Of a stretch of 64,000 nucleotides of DNA, positions 12,013 through 23,155 are shown in pieces. Every line of letters starts with the position of its first letter. Position 1 is the first letter of the stretch. The stretch is from Minutocellus sp. GHC0000111. Taxonomy: Eukaryota. The notes beneath the pieces are model-generated. The model was not told the origin of the DNA, ran no database searches, and was given only the letters and a program-made list of their open reading frames with translations. The DNA lies in the NCBI GenBank assembly GCA_977018835.1, contig OZ361256.1, positions 2,170,001 to 2,234,000 on the forward strand, in the 5' to 3' direction. A program made the position numbers and the translations under genes.

Positions 12013-12364
12013 CTACTTGTCAGTCGCAATCATAATGCATGCGTAGATAACTCCAGGAAAATACCCGCAGAAAGTGAAGATGAGGCAGATGAGGAACTCA
12101 ACACCACAACCAAACTGCCAAAAGATGCCTACAACACAATTAGTTGTGAGAGGAAGAATGCAAAGAACAAATAAATAACGAATGGAATGAGCTGATGTGG
12201 TTTGTGCCGGGCTAGCCGGGCTACAATTGAACTTTTCTACAAAATGAATAAAAGGTGCTGCACTCACCAAGCGGCGGGATGAAGTAGGCACAGCAAAGAC
12301 CGCAGGCCTTGCCTGGGATGGTGACGTCGTTGTCCTTCTTTTGGTTCTCCTCGTCGGCGGCCAT
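12013..12364 (-). CDS. PMP3: PMP3/UPF0057 (YqaE/RCI2-like) proteolipid; intron 12129-12267
   Basis: Spliced product MAADEENQKKDNDVTIPGKACGLCCAYFIPPLG-IFWQFGCGVEFLICLIFTFCGYFPGVIYACIMIATDK. Confidence 0.9.
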
Positions 12365-12550
12365 GGTTGACGTCTTGTTCTTTCTCAGGAGAAGTGGGAA
12401 TGTGGCAGCAATACAAAAATCCAACATCGGCTGATCGAAAGCCGGCCGGCTCTCATCCTCAACGGAAAAAGAAAATCGATTGCTAACAAGTTTTATCGTT
12501 TTTTCACTTCCCCCTTCCCTTCACTCGCATCCATAGACTAGTCATGAGAT

Positions 12551-13954
12551 CTAATCCTGCTTATTTCTCTTCTTTATGAAATGCTTCTGCCAAGATGAGA
12601 GAGAATATACTGCGCCCAGAAAAATCACGAGCAGTAGCCCCAAAGAAAACAAACCAGTGACGAGAAAACCTCCCAACAACGCCGGCTGCTGATGGTCCCC
12701 TTCGACAACCCTTCCATCAATGGCGCTGCATGCCAATTCCATGAATGCAGTATCTAATATCTCGGTCTCATTCCGAACTAAATGGGGTATTCGAACATAT
12801 CCTCTGTGCGTATCCGGTTCCTCTGTTTGGCCTGGTCCAATCAACATGGTCCCATCGCAGGGCTCTCGTCCGACGTGAAGGGACGAATTCTCGTCACCAC
12901 CATCCTCACAAGTGGGCAGAGATGCCCTATGCCATTCCCACTCGTCAAACAGATCCGGCCGTACCGTCGCCAGCAGGGCCAGGACGTCCCACGGGATAAA
13001 TCCACGATCTAAATTTGGACTAGGTTGCCATCTCCTAGATCTACTTTCGTCCAAATTATTCTTCCCTTCATACCGCTGCCGTACCACCTTGTTGACCAAA
13101 TGGGGCATCCATCGTACCTGCTGTCGCATTTTGGGCAACAGGGCACATGCCACAGCTCTCGGGCAGCATCGGTCCTCAAACTTTCTCACCCATTCCTCGG
13201 TAACCACCACCTGCCCACAGGTTTGTATTGGCACGATCGTCGTCGGCACGTTCAACGTTTCGATGACGGTTCGTGCCGCTGCCCTGTCGCTCATAAAGTT
13301 GAGATCCATCTTTTGCTCAGTGAGTTCTCCACCCATGAGAACAACGTGATGCAATTGCTTGGACAGATCGGTTGTAGAGTTCGTTTTGGCTGACGATGAC
13401 ATCGACAGCTCCACGGCTCTGGCAAGGTTGCTCGGTAGACCCAGCATCAACACCGTAAGTTTGTCGTCGTCTTTGCTGTTATCATCGCCTGCTGATGGTG
13501 CTGCTGCGGCAGCAGCCTCTAGAATGGCATGGGCGGCATCGTCCGAGCTTTCCATATCCGGTGACAGTCGATTGAAAAGTCGGTACGATTTCCATGCCAC
13601 GTTCATGTCTCTCCATCCGATGCCACGGGGGAGCAGTGGTTGGGATTGCAGACGATGAGATGCGACATTGATGCCATCGCGGTCGAAGAAAGATGATGAA
13701 GACACGTGACCCAGCAATCGTTGAGCATTCGTAGAGGTATGCTTGAGGGGTGCATTGCCACCGCAGATGCTGATGCCCTCGAGCTTGTGCTGCTGAGTGC
13801 CAGTACTATTACGAGAATGAGTTCGCCTTGTACTCGTGCCGTCCGCATAATCTTGATCAAGGGCCAAGGCCATGAGGATGGCCAGATCATCGTCGCAATC
13901 CAGGCCGGTCCAGGTGAGGCCGGAGGGGTCGGCATCGATCCAGAGTCGGCCCAT
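12551..13954 (-). CDS. Inosine/uridine-preferring nucleoside hydrolase family protein with C-terminal TM anchor
   Basis: IDADP..G.DCDDDLA N-terminal Asp motif, GGN, VLMGG..DLNFMSD..AA, PWD; hydrophobic C-terminus followed by KKRNKQD. Confidence 0.85.
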   Translation of the reverse strand: MGRLWIDADPSGLTWTGLDCDDDLAILMALALDQDYADGTSTRRTHSRNSTGTQQHKLEGISICGGNAPLKHTSTNAQRLLGHVSSSSFFDRDGINVASHRLQSQPLLPRGIGWRDMNVAWKSYRLFNRLSPDMESSDDAAHAILEAAAAAAPSAGDDNSKDDDKLTVLMLGLPSNLARAVELSMSSSAKTNSTTDLSKQLHHVVLMGGELTEQKMDLNFMSDRAAARTVIETLNVPTTIVPIQTCGQVVVTEEWVRKFEDRCCPRAVACALLPKMRQQVRWMPHLVNKVVRQRYEGKNNLDESRSRRWQPSPNLDRGFIPWDVLALLATVRPDLFDEWEWHRASLPTCEDGGDENSSLHVGREPCDGTMLIGPGQTEEPDTHRGYVRIPHLVRNETEILDTAFMELACSAIDGRVVEGDHQQPALLGGFLVTGLFSLGLLLVIFLGAVYSLSSWQKHFIKKRNKQD

Positions 13955-14207
13955 TACTACAGATACTCAACAGCATGCTGGCGTCATGGGCATGCTGGCG
14001 TCATGGCACGCCCTCTTCTTTCTCCTTTCTCCCTTTTCTCCTTATTTTTGGATGCTACGTACGATCCTTGTGCGTACGTAGGTATGTAGGTGCTGCCGGC
14101 AGTCAAAACCGGCATTTGTATCAAATTTGTTGTATTCCACGCCACCGGCGAGCAGCAGTGCAGCAGCCAAACGAAGGATACACCACCACCAACAACAAGC
14201 GCTGACC

Positions 14208-16547
14208 ATGGACCCGTTTGCACCGGGAGCCTCCGCCGCTGGTACCGGCGGCGCCGGTGCTGGTGGCGGGATGTATCCGAATCAGATGCAGCAGCAGCAG
14301 GCGCCGGCACAACAGGCACCGCCGCCGCCTCCAATGCAAATGATGGGACAGCCGCCGATGCAGCAGATGCCCATGCAGCAGATGCCCATGCCTCAGCAGC
14401 AGATGCCACAGCAGGGCATGCCCCCGCAGCAGCAACAATCCCCGATGGCCTATGGCGGCGGAGGCGGGGCGATGGTGCCGTCCCAGCAGCCTCGGCCGGC
14501 CTCGCAGTGGTCGGTCGGCGGCGGTTCCTCCTCCGGTCCAGCAGCAGCAGATGCAGATGCAGGCACCAGCGCCGGCGGCCAATCAAACGCCGCCGGCGCC
14601 GTTTGACCCGTTTGCCGCTGCTCCGGCGGCGCCGCAGCCTCCAGCTCAGCAGCAGCAGATGGTTCCGAACCCTGCCGCGGCTGCCGGAGGAAATCCGTTC
14701 GCTCCGGCTCAGCCTCAGCCTGCACAGCAGCAGAGCATGGCCATGGTCCCCTCCAATGCCCAGAATCAGCAGGCCGTGAGTCAGTTTGCCATGGGCGGCG
14801 GTGGTGGTATGCCTCAGCAACAGCAGCCTCAGATGCAGCAGATGGTACCGCAGCAACCTCAGATGCAGGTGCAGCAGCAGCAATCTCAGAATCCATTCGC
14901 TCCTACACCGGCGGGAGTATCCCAGCAGCAGCCGCCGCAGCCAGGACAGCAGCAGCAGATGGTCGTCCAGCAGCAGCAGCCTGGGTCGCAATGGGGTGGG
15001 CAAATGGTGCCCCAGCAGCAACAGCAGATGGTACCTGCCCAACAACAGCAGCAGCAGCAGCAGCAAGATGACGACGACTTCTTCGGCATGTTCTCCGCCA
15101 ACGCCGCCACTAAGGAGCCGGAGGCGCCGGTCAGCGTCGTGGACTCCAACAACGCCACCAACGTCAACGATTCCCTCGCGGTGGCCTCCCGGTCCAGCGG
15201 GGCCGGGGGTGCCCTGGTAGCGGCGTCGGCAGCGGCGTCGGCCACCCATCAGGGTGCGTCGGGATCCGACGGCCTCACCTCCCGCGGCAAGCAGCTGTAC
15301 CGCGAGGACGTCGACCCGGAGGACAAGGATCGGGCCCTGGCGGCGGCACCCCCCTCGACGGAATTGGTGGTCAGCACGGCCGCCAGTCAGGCGACGTATG
15401 CGCCCCCGCCGCCCATGTCTACCACCAGCCAGTACGGACGGGTCATCGCTCAGACCACCCAGCTGCCCAACGCGGCACCCCTCCCCGACCGGGAACAGGT
15501 GCTGCATTCCGGATACGTCCTGAGTCGCATCTCGTTTCGAACCATACTGATGAAGAAGTGGAAGCAAACGTTTTGGATCCAGTACGGGCCGAGCTCGGTT
15601 CTGTTCTTTCGGAATGCCTCCGACTACGAGGATTGGGTGAACAATCCGTACCTGAACAATTCGCAGAGGGACTTTTTGGTCAAATTGCAGATCGACTTTG
15701 TCGGTGATCTGACCAAGATCAACGTCCGTGGATATCAGGTCACGCACATACGGATGAAGGCCTACAAGGGCAAGATGCTGTGAGTTTTTAATTTTGGACT
15801 TTGGATGTTGATGAATATGATTAATTTTCCTTTTTCTGGCTCTGAGAGTCATTGCACTGACAACATCATGCACCATTACACATCAACTTCTTTTTTCTTC
15901 TCTTCATAAAACAGCCACCAATTCAAGCTGGAGCGATGGATGGACTACGGCCCGACGATTGCGGCGGCATTTGCCTCGCCGGACGTGAAGGAAGTTCGCG
16001 ACCTCCGTCGGTGCATCATCGACATTATGCGGAATTGTCCGCAGGATCCCATGCTGGTCCAGCAGCAGCGCGCGGGATCCGGAGGTGGGGTTACCGGTGC
16101 CCAGGCTGGACGGTACGGCGGTGCCGGTGCTTATTCGGGCGGTCAAAATGGAGGCGGAGGCCACAGTGGCGGCGCCGGCGGTGGATATGGCGGCTACGAA
16201 GCACGAGGGGGTGGAGGACCGCAACCAGCTCCGTATCAGTACCCCGACGAACGGGGTTCCAATGGTGGAGGAGGAGCAGGAGCCGGGGCTCATGAGGGTG
16301 GACACGGTGGGGTGAATCCTCGGCCAGATATCAGATGCCGCATGTCAACTCCATGCCCAATCAAATGGGTGGTGCGGGCAGTGTAGGGGGTGGTATGCAT
16401 CATGGCGACGACGTGTCGGTACTGAGTGGCATTGTCAGTGAAGGAGTTGGATATGGCTTTGCCGACAGCGTGAGCGGCGTCCATCCGACTCCTCAGCAGC
16501 AGCGTTCGTCGCAACGAGCCTTGGGCATGACTTGGCAGGCTCCGTAG
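14208..16547 (+). CDS. Q/P-rich protein with DPF/NPF motifs and PH-like domain; intron 15780-15914; two apparent frameshifts (~14511-14518, ~16309-16312)
   Basis: Joins ORFs 14127-14606, 14452-15783, 15940-16386 and 16335-16547. Removing one TCGG copy and adding one G to a G-run gives a continuous frame. The domain is homologous to 1750-2160. Confidence 0.7.
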
Positions 16548-17008
16548 AGGATGATAAAAGAGAATTGAAATTTCTACAAGGCGGCCGGCAGTCGTCTGAT
16601 GTGGCAAGCGCTGGACGGATGGATTTTTGTTTTTGATCTAGATCTACATCCCTTCGTTTTTCTGAAGAATAATCTTGAGAAGTTCGCTGGAGATTTTTTG
16701 CGAGAATCGTTGCGTCTGCCAAAATAGCACATTAACGAAATAGGCAGGAGCAATGACGTTGCACCTAATTGGGCGTACATGCAGCTAGAACCGATTTAGG
16801 AGCTGCCAATAAAGGTGACGTTCCCCTCTCTCTCAATCTCTCAATCTCTCTCCTCGTGTAACTTTAATCCCGTTTCTGTTCCCGAATTTTTGTATGTGTC
16901 GACTCATTCGATTAAAGAATGCCAACGATCATCCATCGCCGATTTCTCGGCATTTTTGCCACAACCTTGGGACATTGCCTTGTCATAAAAGCAAGATAAC
17001 CAACGACA

Positions 17009-18061
17009 ATGTACGATCCCACTGCATTGAACAAGGAGAATGCGGGCGGCAATGCCTCCGCTTCGGCTTCTACCGTCGGTGGCAGCAGTGCCGCGAACGG
17101 CGGTCTCACCAAGGGCCCGGCCAGCGCCGGCCTAAAACGGACGTTGGCCTCGGGAGGCGGAGCGCAGCGTGTTCCGTTCGATGCCGCTGAATCTTCTGCC
17201 GGTACCTCCTCTTCTTCCACAACCGCCTCCAACCCCCTGGATGCAAAGGCCGAACGCGCCCGCGCAGGACGTCAGTGGTCCCTCAACGACTTTGAGATCG
17301 GCAAGCCCCTCGGCCGCGGCAAGTTCGGTTCCGTCTACCTGGCTCGCGAAAAACGTTCCAAATACATCGTTGCGCTCAAGGTCCTGCAAGAGTCCCAGCT
17401 GCTCAAGGCCGGCGTCGAGCACCAGCTCCGTCGTGAGATCGAGATCCAGTCTCACCTGCGCAACCGCAATATCCTCCGCATGTTTGGCTACTTCTACGAT
17501 GCCAAGCGCATCTACCTCATCCTCGAGTACAGTCCCGGCGGGGAGCTGTACAAGAAGCTGACCAACCGCGGCCGCTTCTCCGAGCGCACTTCGGCCCGGT
17601 ACATCTCCGACCTCAGCCAGGCCCTGGCCTACTGCCACCAGAAGCACGTCATCCACCGCGACATCAAGCCCGAGAATCTCCTCGTCGGCGCCCAGGGCGA
17701 GATCAAGATTGCCGACTTTGGCTGGTCCGTCCACGCCCCCACCTCCCGGCGCAACACCCTGTGTGGCACTCTCGACTACCTCCCGCCCGAAATGGTCGAG
17801 GGACGGGAGCACGACGAGATGGTCGACGTTTGGTCTCTGGGCGTCCTCCTGTACGAGTTCCTCGTCGGCAGTCCCCCCTTCGAGGCCGAGGGACATTCCG
17901 CCACGTACCGCCGTATCTCCCGTGTCGACCTTCGGTTCCCCCGGGGTGTGCCCGAGGATGCCCAAGACCTCATTCGAAGGCTGCTGCAGAAGGATCCTCG
18001 TAAGCGCATGGCCTTGAGCTCAGTCCCTCACCATCCCTGGGTGCTTCGTCATCTTAGATAG
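17009..18061 (+). CDS. AUR: Aurora-family Ser/Thr kinase
   Basis: [55 protein letters not shown]. Confidence 0.97.
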   Translation: MYDPTALNKENAGGNASASASTVGGSSAANGGLTKGPASAGLKRTLASGGGAQRVPFDAAESSAGTSSSSTTASNPLDAKAERARAGRQWSLNDFEIGKPLGRGKFGSVYLAREKRSKYIVALKVLQESQLLKAGVEHQLRREIEIQSHLRNRNILRMFGYFYDAKRIYLILEYSPGGELYKKLTNRGRFSERTSARYISDLSQALAYCHQKHVIHRDIKPENLLVGAQGEIKIADFGWSVHAPTSRRNTLCGTLDYLPPEMVEGREHDEMVDVWSLGVLLYEFLVGSPPFEAEGHSATYRRISRVDLRFPRGVPEDAQDLIRRLLQKDPRKRMALSSVPHHPWVLRHLR

Positions 18062-19129
18062 GTGAAGAAGTTGGGTTGATGGGTCACCCTGAAGTGCGTC
18101 CAGCAAATATGAAATATGTCTCGGTCGGCCTGAAGCCGATCAAGTAGACGAAGTTTACGCTAATCTATTGTAGGATCATACTATGTAAGTCCATCATCTA
18201 GATTCTAGCTACGTAAGTACATGCAGCCAACCTGGGTCAGGAGGAGGGTGCATGTTCAAAAGAATTTAATTAATCAATTCATTTATTTTAATTCTCCATT
18301 GGCTAGTCCTGTATTTTGCCCGTTCACCGCCGCACCGATAGATCGGCTGTGGTGGGCTTAAGGGGCCTTTCAGGACGATGAGCAGGACGATGAGCAGGAC
18401 GAGTAGGTCGTTCTCATAGATTAGCGGGAACTAGCTAGGCAGCTTTAATTTGGTGATTCTACTATTTATAGCGTTTGGAAAGACCGCTTTGGCATCGGCA
18501 TTAGACACTTGGTAGCATGCTCGATACTTGGAGGCGAAACATGAAACTGGGGAGCAATAAAGTGAGGATCAGACTATGGATGGACTCCTTCGTAAAGAAG
18601 CTGGAGGGTTTGCGATTTCGAACCACGCTTGTCCAAGCTGCTCGAATTGCTCAATTTACTGAACATCGTACGAATCAGTTCCATGGTACTACGATGTTGG
18701 CAATATGCTGATAAAAATGTGTCTTTGTTTGTAAAATCTGCTTTGCTACTAAATGAATAACAAAAGGCAACGATTTTGCCGAACCAAATTGGTAAAAATC
18801 CCATTTGCAATAGAACACGCAGCTCCCCCCTTGCCTTATCGACTCGACATGAATCGACAAAACAAAAACTGAACGCGCAGAATATATACAGAAAAATTGT
18901 GACCAACGTGGAAGAGAAAACGCATCGCAATCGTACGGCTGTGTCTGGCTGACTGGTAAGAAGCCCAACTCTTTCCTCTTCATCATCCCCCCAAGTATGT
19001 AAAACCTCTCACATCTATGTACATGATCGCCCTAAATAAAGCACTGCCCAAAATCCTGGACATCGAGTGAGTGGGTGGTGAATCATTCGCGATCAATCAA
19101 CAGGTGACTGTTAACCCCAATAACCCCTT

Positions 19130-20733
19130 TTAGGCGTTCTTGGCAACGACGGCCTCGATCGCCTCGGAGATGACATCGGCCATATCGTCGAAGTCCTTGT
19201 CGTCCCACATGAGGGGCATGCGGCAATCGCAGGCCCTGGAGAGCATTTCACCGGTCATGGGGAGCGGATCGTCAGCGGGAGCGAAGCCCCAGTTGACGAA
19301 ATTCCTGGCATTGGACTTGTGCCCGAAGAGCTCGACGGGAAGGCCGTGGGCACCGCACTCGTCGAGGAACTCCTGGATCATTTCCTCGGTAAATTGCTTG
19401 CCGAGGTTGAACTGGATGGAGTCGTGGACGGGCTGGGTAACTCCTGGGGTGTTGACGGGGATGCTCATGTGCTCACCGACACGCTCCTCGAGCTTGGCGG
19501 TGAGGGCGTTGTAACGACGGTTGTACTTCTCAATTCGCTCGTCAAGGGTAAGAAGCTGGGGCTTGATGATGGCGGCGGAGACGGCGCTCATGCGGAGACT
19601 GTAGTTGGGGAGCTGGTTGGGGAGGTCACCAAAGGCCTCCGGGCCAGGTACAGTCATGTGCTTGGATGCAAGACCCTCGTAGGCACCGGCGTAAACGGCA
19701 CAGCGAGCTGCAACGTCGGCATCGTCGGTGAGGAGGAAACCACCCTCACCGGAGTTGATCATCTTGTAGGACTGACTGCTAATACCGCAGACCTTGCCCA
19801 TGTGGCCGGTGTGCTTGCCCTTCCACTCAACTCCGAGGGAGTGAGCACAATCCTCGAGGAGAGTGGCACCGTGCTTCTCGCAGGCCTCCAAAATGGCATC
19901 CATATCACCGACCTTACCGCGCATGTGCGAAACGAGAACGTGCTTGCAGTCGGGGTTGGCTTCGAGCTTCTTATTCAAATCCGCGACATCAATGACGTGG
20001 TTGTAATCAGACTCGACGTAAACAGCCTGCATTGAAGAGAATGAACACGTTTCAAGTGGGTGAGTGCAATATATGCATGTGGAAGCAGTAAAGCAGTAAT
20101 ATGGACATATGAAGCATGGATGAAAATCATCTGCCAAAAGGTCCGCGCCACTCGCTCACCTTTCCTCCGGCATGCTCAATGGCACTGGGGACAGCACCGA
20201 ACGTGAAGGCATTGCTGATGACCTTGTCGCCGTGCTCGAGGCCGGTGCACTTGAGCATAAGCATAAGGGCCGAACCGCACGAGTTGAGGGCGACGCAGTA
20301 CTTGTGGCCGGTGTAGTCGGCAACGTCCTTCTCGCACTGGGAGACGATGCTGGACTCGGCGTTGGGGACGTTGTAGCGGTACATACGGCCGGTCTTCATG
20401 AGCTCAACGGCAGCCTCCTGACCAGCGACGGGGACCGGATCGGGGGTCTTGATATCACGCTTGATGGAGGCACGGGTGGTGCTGTTTTGAGGTTGAGGGT
20501 TTGTGCGTAAGAGAGAGAATTCTAGAGGTCAGGTGTGATGGAAACTCAATTGGGCCTGATCAATTGTGGCACTGTATGTGGTCGGAAGTATGCCGCAAGA
20601 AGCAGCTATGCATCAACGATACGATACAACAAACTCATGACTCCAATATTACTCACGCAGTGGGGTCCGTGACGACCATGGCATTGGCGCCCATAGACAT
20701 GGCAATTGCGGCAAGAGCAAGTTTGCAATACAT
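19130..20733 (-). CDS. DegT/DnrJ/EryC1/StrS-family PLP aminotransferase with N-terminal signal peptide; introns 20482-20656 and 20027-20159
   Basis: VALNSCGSAL, AFTFGAVPSAI, VSHMRG, EDCAHSLG, SSQSYKMINSGEGG (PLP lysine). Exon 1 is MYCKLALAAIAMSMGANAM. Strong C-ending codon bias. Confidence 0.9.
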
Positions 20734-21586
20734 CTTGAAAAAATTTCGTTTGTGCGACTTCGTGTAGCAATGGTCTCAATTTGAGATGGATTCGGGAGCG
20801 AACAATGAAGCTGCACCGGATACGAGTAGAAGAACAAATAGAGTGGTGAAAGGGATATGAAATGTGTGAGTTCACAGGCAAGAATCACCGAAATTCCAGT
20901 CGAGATTCGTAGAGATCCTTCGCCAAGTTCCGATATGTGCCGGCATTTTTGGCGGGAAATCAGAACTGGCTGGAGAATGAGTAGCAGAGACGAACGAAGA
21001 AGACCCAGCTTTGAAGCAAGGAACGCCATGGTGTTCAATAATTATCTCGTGATGAAGGTTGCTTCCTTTCGCCGGTCTACGTCGTACTACTTGCTCTATC
21101 CGGATTGCATTCGCTTACCTCTCGTGGAATTGTGAGAATAAAACGCAGACGTTTGCAGCAGCTGCCCGCCAGAGAAAGTCGGCTCTTTGTCCACTCTAGT
21201 AGGAAGAAAATGCCTATTAGCGACCTCGCGCTTTTTCAGTTGTTTTTATCGTGCAAGTGACGAGCTCGATAAGAAGCTAAATAAAGAAGAAGATTTCTGC
21301 CCCCTTTTTTATTTCTTTTCCCCCAAAGAGTGAGCTTGTCCCCCCTCGAAAACGGGTGGTGCGGACGGGCCGCATATATTGATGACGGACAGACCATTCT
21401 GACGTGGTGTGGTATCTCCTATCTTCTTTTTCTTCTCCATCTTTCCATGTAATCAAGTAGTCCTCGATTTTTCCACGGACGGAGAGAGCTCCTCCTCTAT
21501 CTACTCGTACAGCTGTCCTTGTACCGGTACCGGTAGATAGCTGCCTCTAGCTACCGGTAGACTTGCTAGAAGATTTTTATTTAGAT

Positions 21587-22639
21587 CTACACATCCCCTT
21601 GGGCAACATCATCCCGGATGGCGGCCATTTCATTTCTCAAATCAATCTTGATCTTATCCAACAGTTTGGCCTTCTCAATGCTCTGCTTGGACTCCATCCC
21701 AGAAATGACATTGCGATTTCGTTGAATTAATCGTTTCGTGTCGTATTCTCTCTGCTTTTCCAATTCTTTCCGACGGACGTCAACTCGTTTCAGCAACGCC
21801 TGTGTTTCGGCCTCTTGACGCTGACGGAACGCCGCCTCCTTCTTTTGGAACGAATTTGTGAATCGCGAGTTCATGTTCTCCAGCTCTTCCTCCTCCATAT
21901 CATCGGCGATTGCCTTGATCTGTTGAGCATCGGCATAATGCTTCTGTTCCGCCATAACATGCTGCCTCTTGCGCCAGTGTATGAGCTCGTGTGACCACTT
22001 GGGTGGTTTGGACTGCATGTCTTCCACTATCTTGTCTTGAAATTCCGATAATTCTTGGCCCTGCCTATCCTTCACTTCGGCTATGTACTCGAGTGATTTG
22101 CGATCAAAGTCCTCCATGAATTGGTCCCAATTGGCATTGTAATCCACATACTGTTTCTGATGCGCGGCCTGGATCTTGGCCCGGTCAGATGCCTTGTGAG
22201 CCGTGGCCACATGCTGTCGTCGCATCTCCTCTTGTTGTTTCAGCTCCACCAATTGCTTCGCCGCCTCTTCCGCCTGCAGATACTCTCCCCTTTTGACCGA
22301 TAGCTGACGATACTCCTCAATAATTCGAATGCAGTGCATATTGTCGTTGTTTTGACGAGGATGCTGCTCCAACACATGAAGGAGGGTTCGAAAGGTGATG
22401 CGGCAATGGTCGAAGCTCCTGCCACTGTTGTCGTCGCCATGACGATCGCGAGGAGGCAAATCATTGGTGCTAAAGTTGCGATTCATTTTTTCCATCAAGG
22501 CCTCCAAGGCCTTGGGGGTGATGTAACCCGAATTGGACGTATCATAGAGAGAGAATATCCCACGGAGCATCGCGAGTTCTTCGGGAGTGAAGGAGTATCG
22601 ACAAGGTGCTGCCGTGTTTGTGTCGTTGGCTGTTGTCAT
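21587..22639 (-). CDS. EF-hand plus coiled-coil protein of unknown function
   Basis: FSLYDTSNSGYITPKALEALM EF-hand loop, followed by a long coiled coil with a KPPKWSHEL..KHYADAQQIK segment; start codon uncertain. Confidence 0.65.
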   Translation of the reverse strand: MTTANDTNTAAPCRYSFTPEELAMLRGIFSLYDTSNSGYITPKALEALMEKMNRNFSTNDLPPRDRHGDDNSGRSFDHCRITFRTLLHVLEQHPRQNNDNMHCIRIIEEYRQLSVKRGEYLQAEEAAKQLVELKQQEEMRRQHVATAHKASDRAKIQAAHQKQYVDYNANWDQFMEDFDRKSLEYIAEVKDRQGQELSEFQDKIVEDMQSKPPKWSHELIHWRKRQHVMAEQKHYADAQQIKAIADDMEEEELENMNSRFTNSFQKKEAAFRQRQEAETQALLKRVDVRRKELEKQREYDTKRLIQRNRNVISGMESKQSIEKAKLLDKIKIDLRNEMAAIRDDVAQGDV

Positions 22640-23155
22640 TGGTGATGCAATGTGCTGGGGTCCATTGTTTTGTGGTGGGGAAGCAGATGTACAGCTGCCG
22701 CATGTGTCGATATCACGAACTGCCAAAGCCATGAGAGAACTCTTTGAGCAGGGGCTCGAACAATCTAAACCAGTCACTTTGAGTGTGGCACACTTTCAAA
22801 GTCATCCCAACCTTTCCATCGCCTGCCGTTTTCAGCTTGTGACTGGCGTCTCATCTGCCGAAGCTAAAATGAGCGGCACATGTAAATGCAGCACATCCAG
22901 GGGCTGCTTTACCCTTGCATGCCGTAAATGCAATTCGAATGGGGGGGGTGGAACCAGAGGCAAGTCAGTGCACCGAAGATGCTTTGTATCCATCTCCCCT
23001 ACAGCCACCGGCTGCTGCGCGTGGCACGATACGAGGAATGGTCCTTCTACGTACGAGCTTGTACGTATCATTTTTCACGGTTTGGGCTGGATTTTTCCCA
23101 TTATTTTTGAGTTGAAGACTGCTGCCAGAGAAGATAATAAATAACAAAGCAAACA

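Noticed and set aside
13984..15876. 630-aa minus-strand ORF
   Set aside because: Antisense of the Q-rich PH-like gene
17132..17965. 277-aa antisense ORF over Aurora (similarly 19319-20035 over the aminotransferase)
   Set aside because: Typical of GC3-rich genes
18100..19100. Possible ncRNA or gene remnant between Aurora and the aminotransferase
   Set aside because: No recognisable tRNA, snRNA or protein motif
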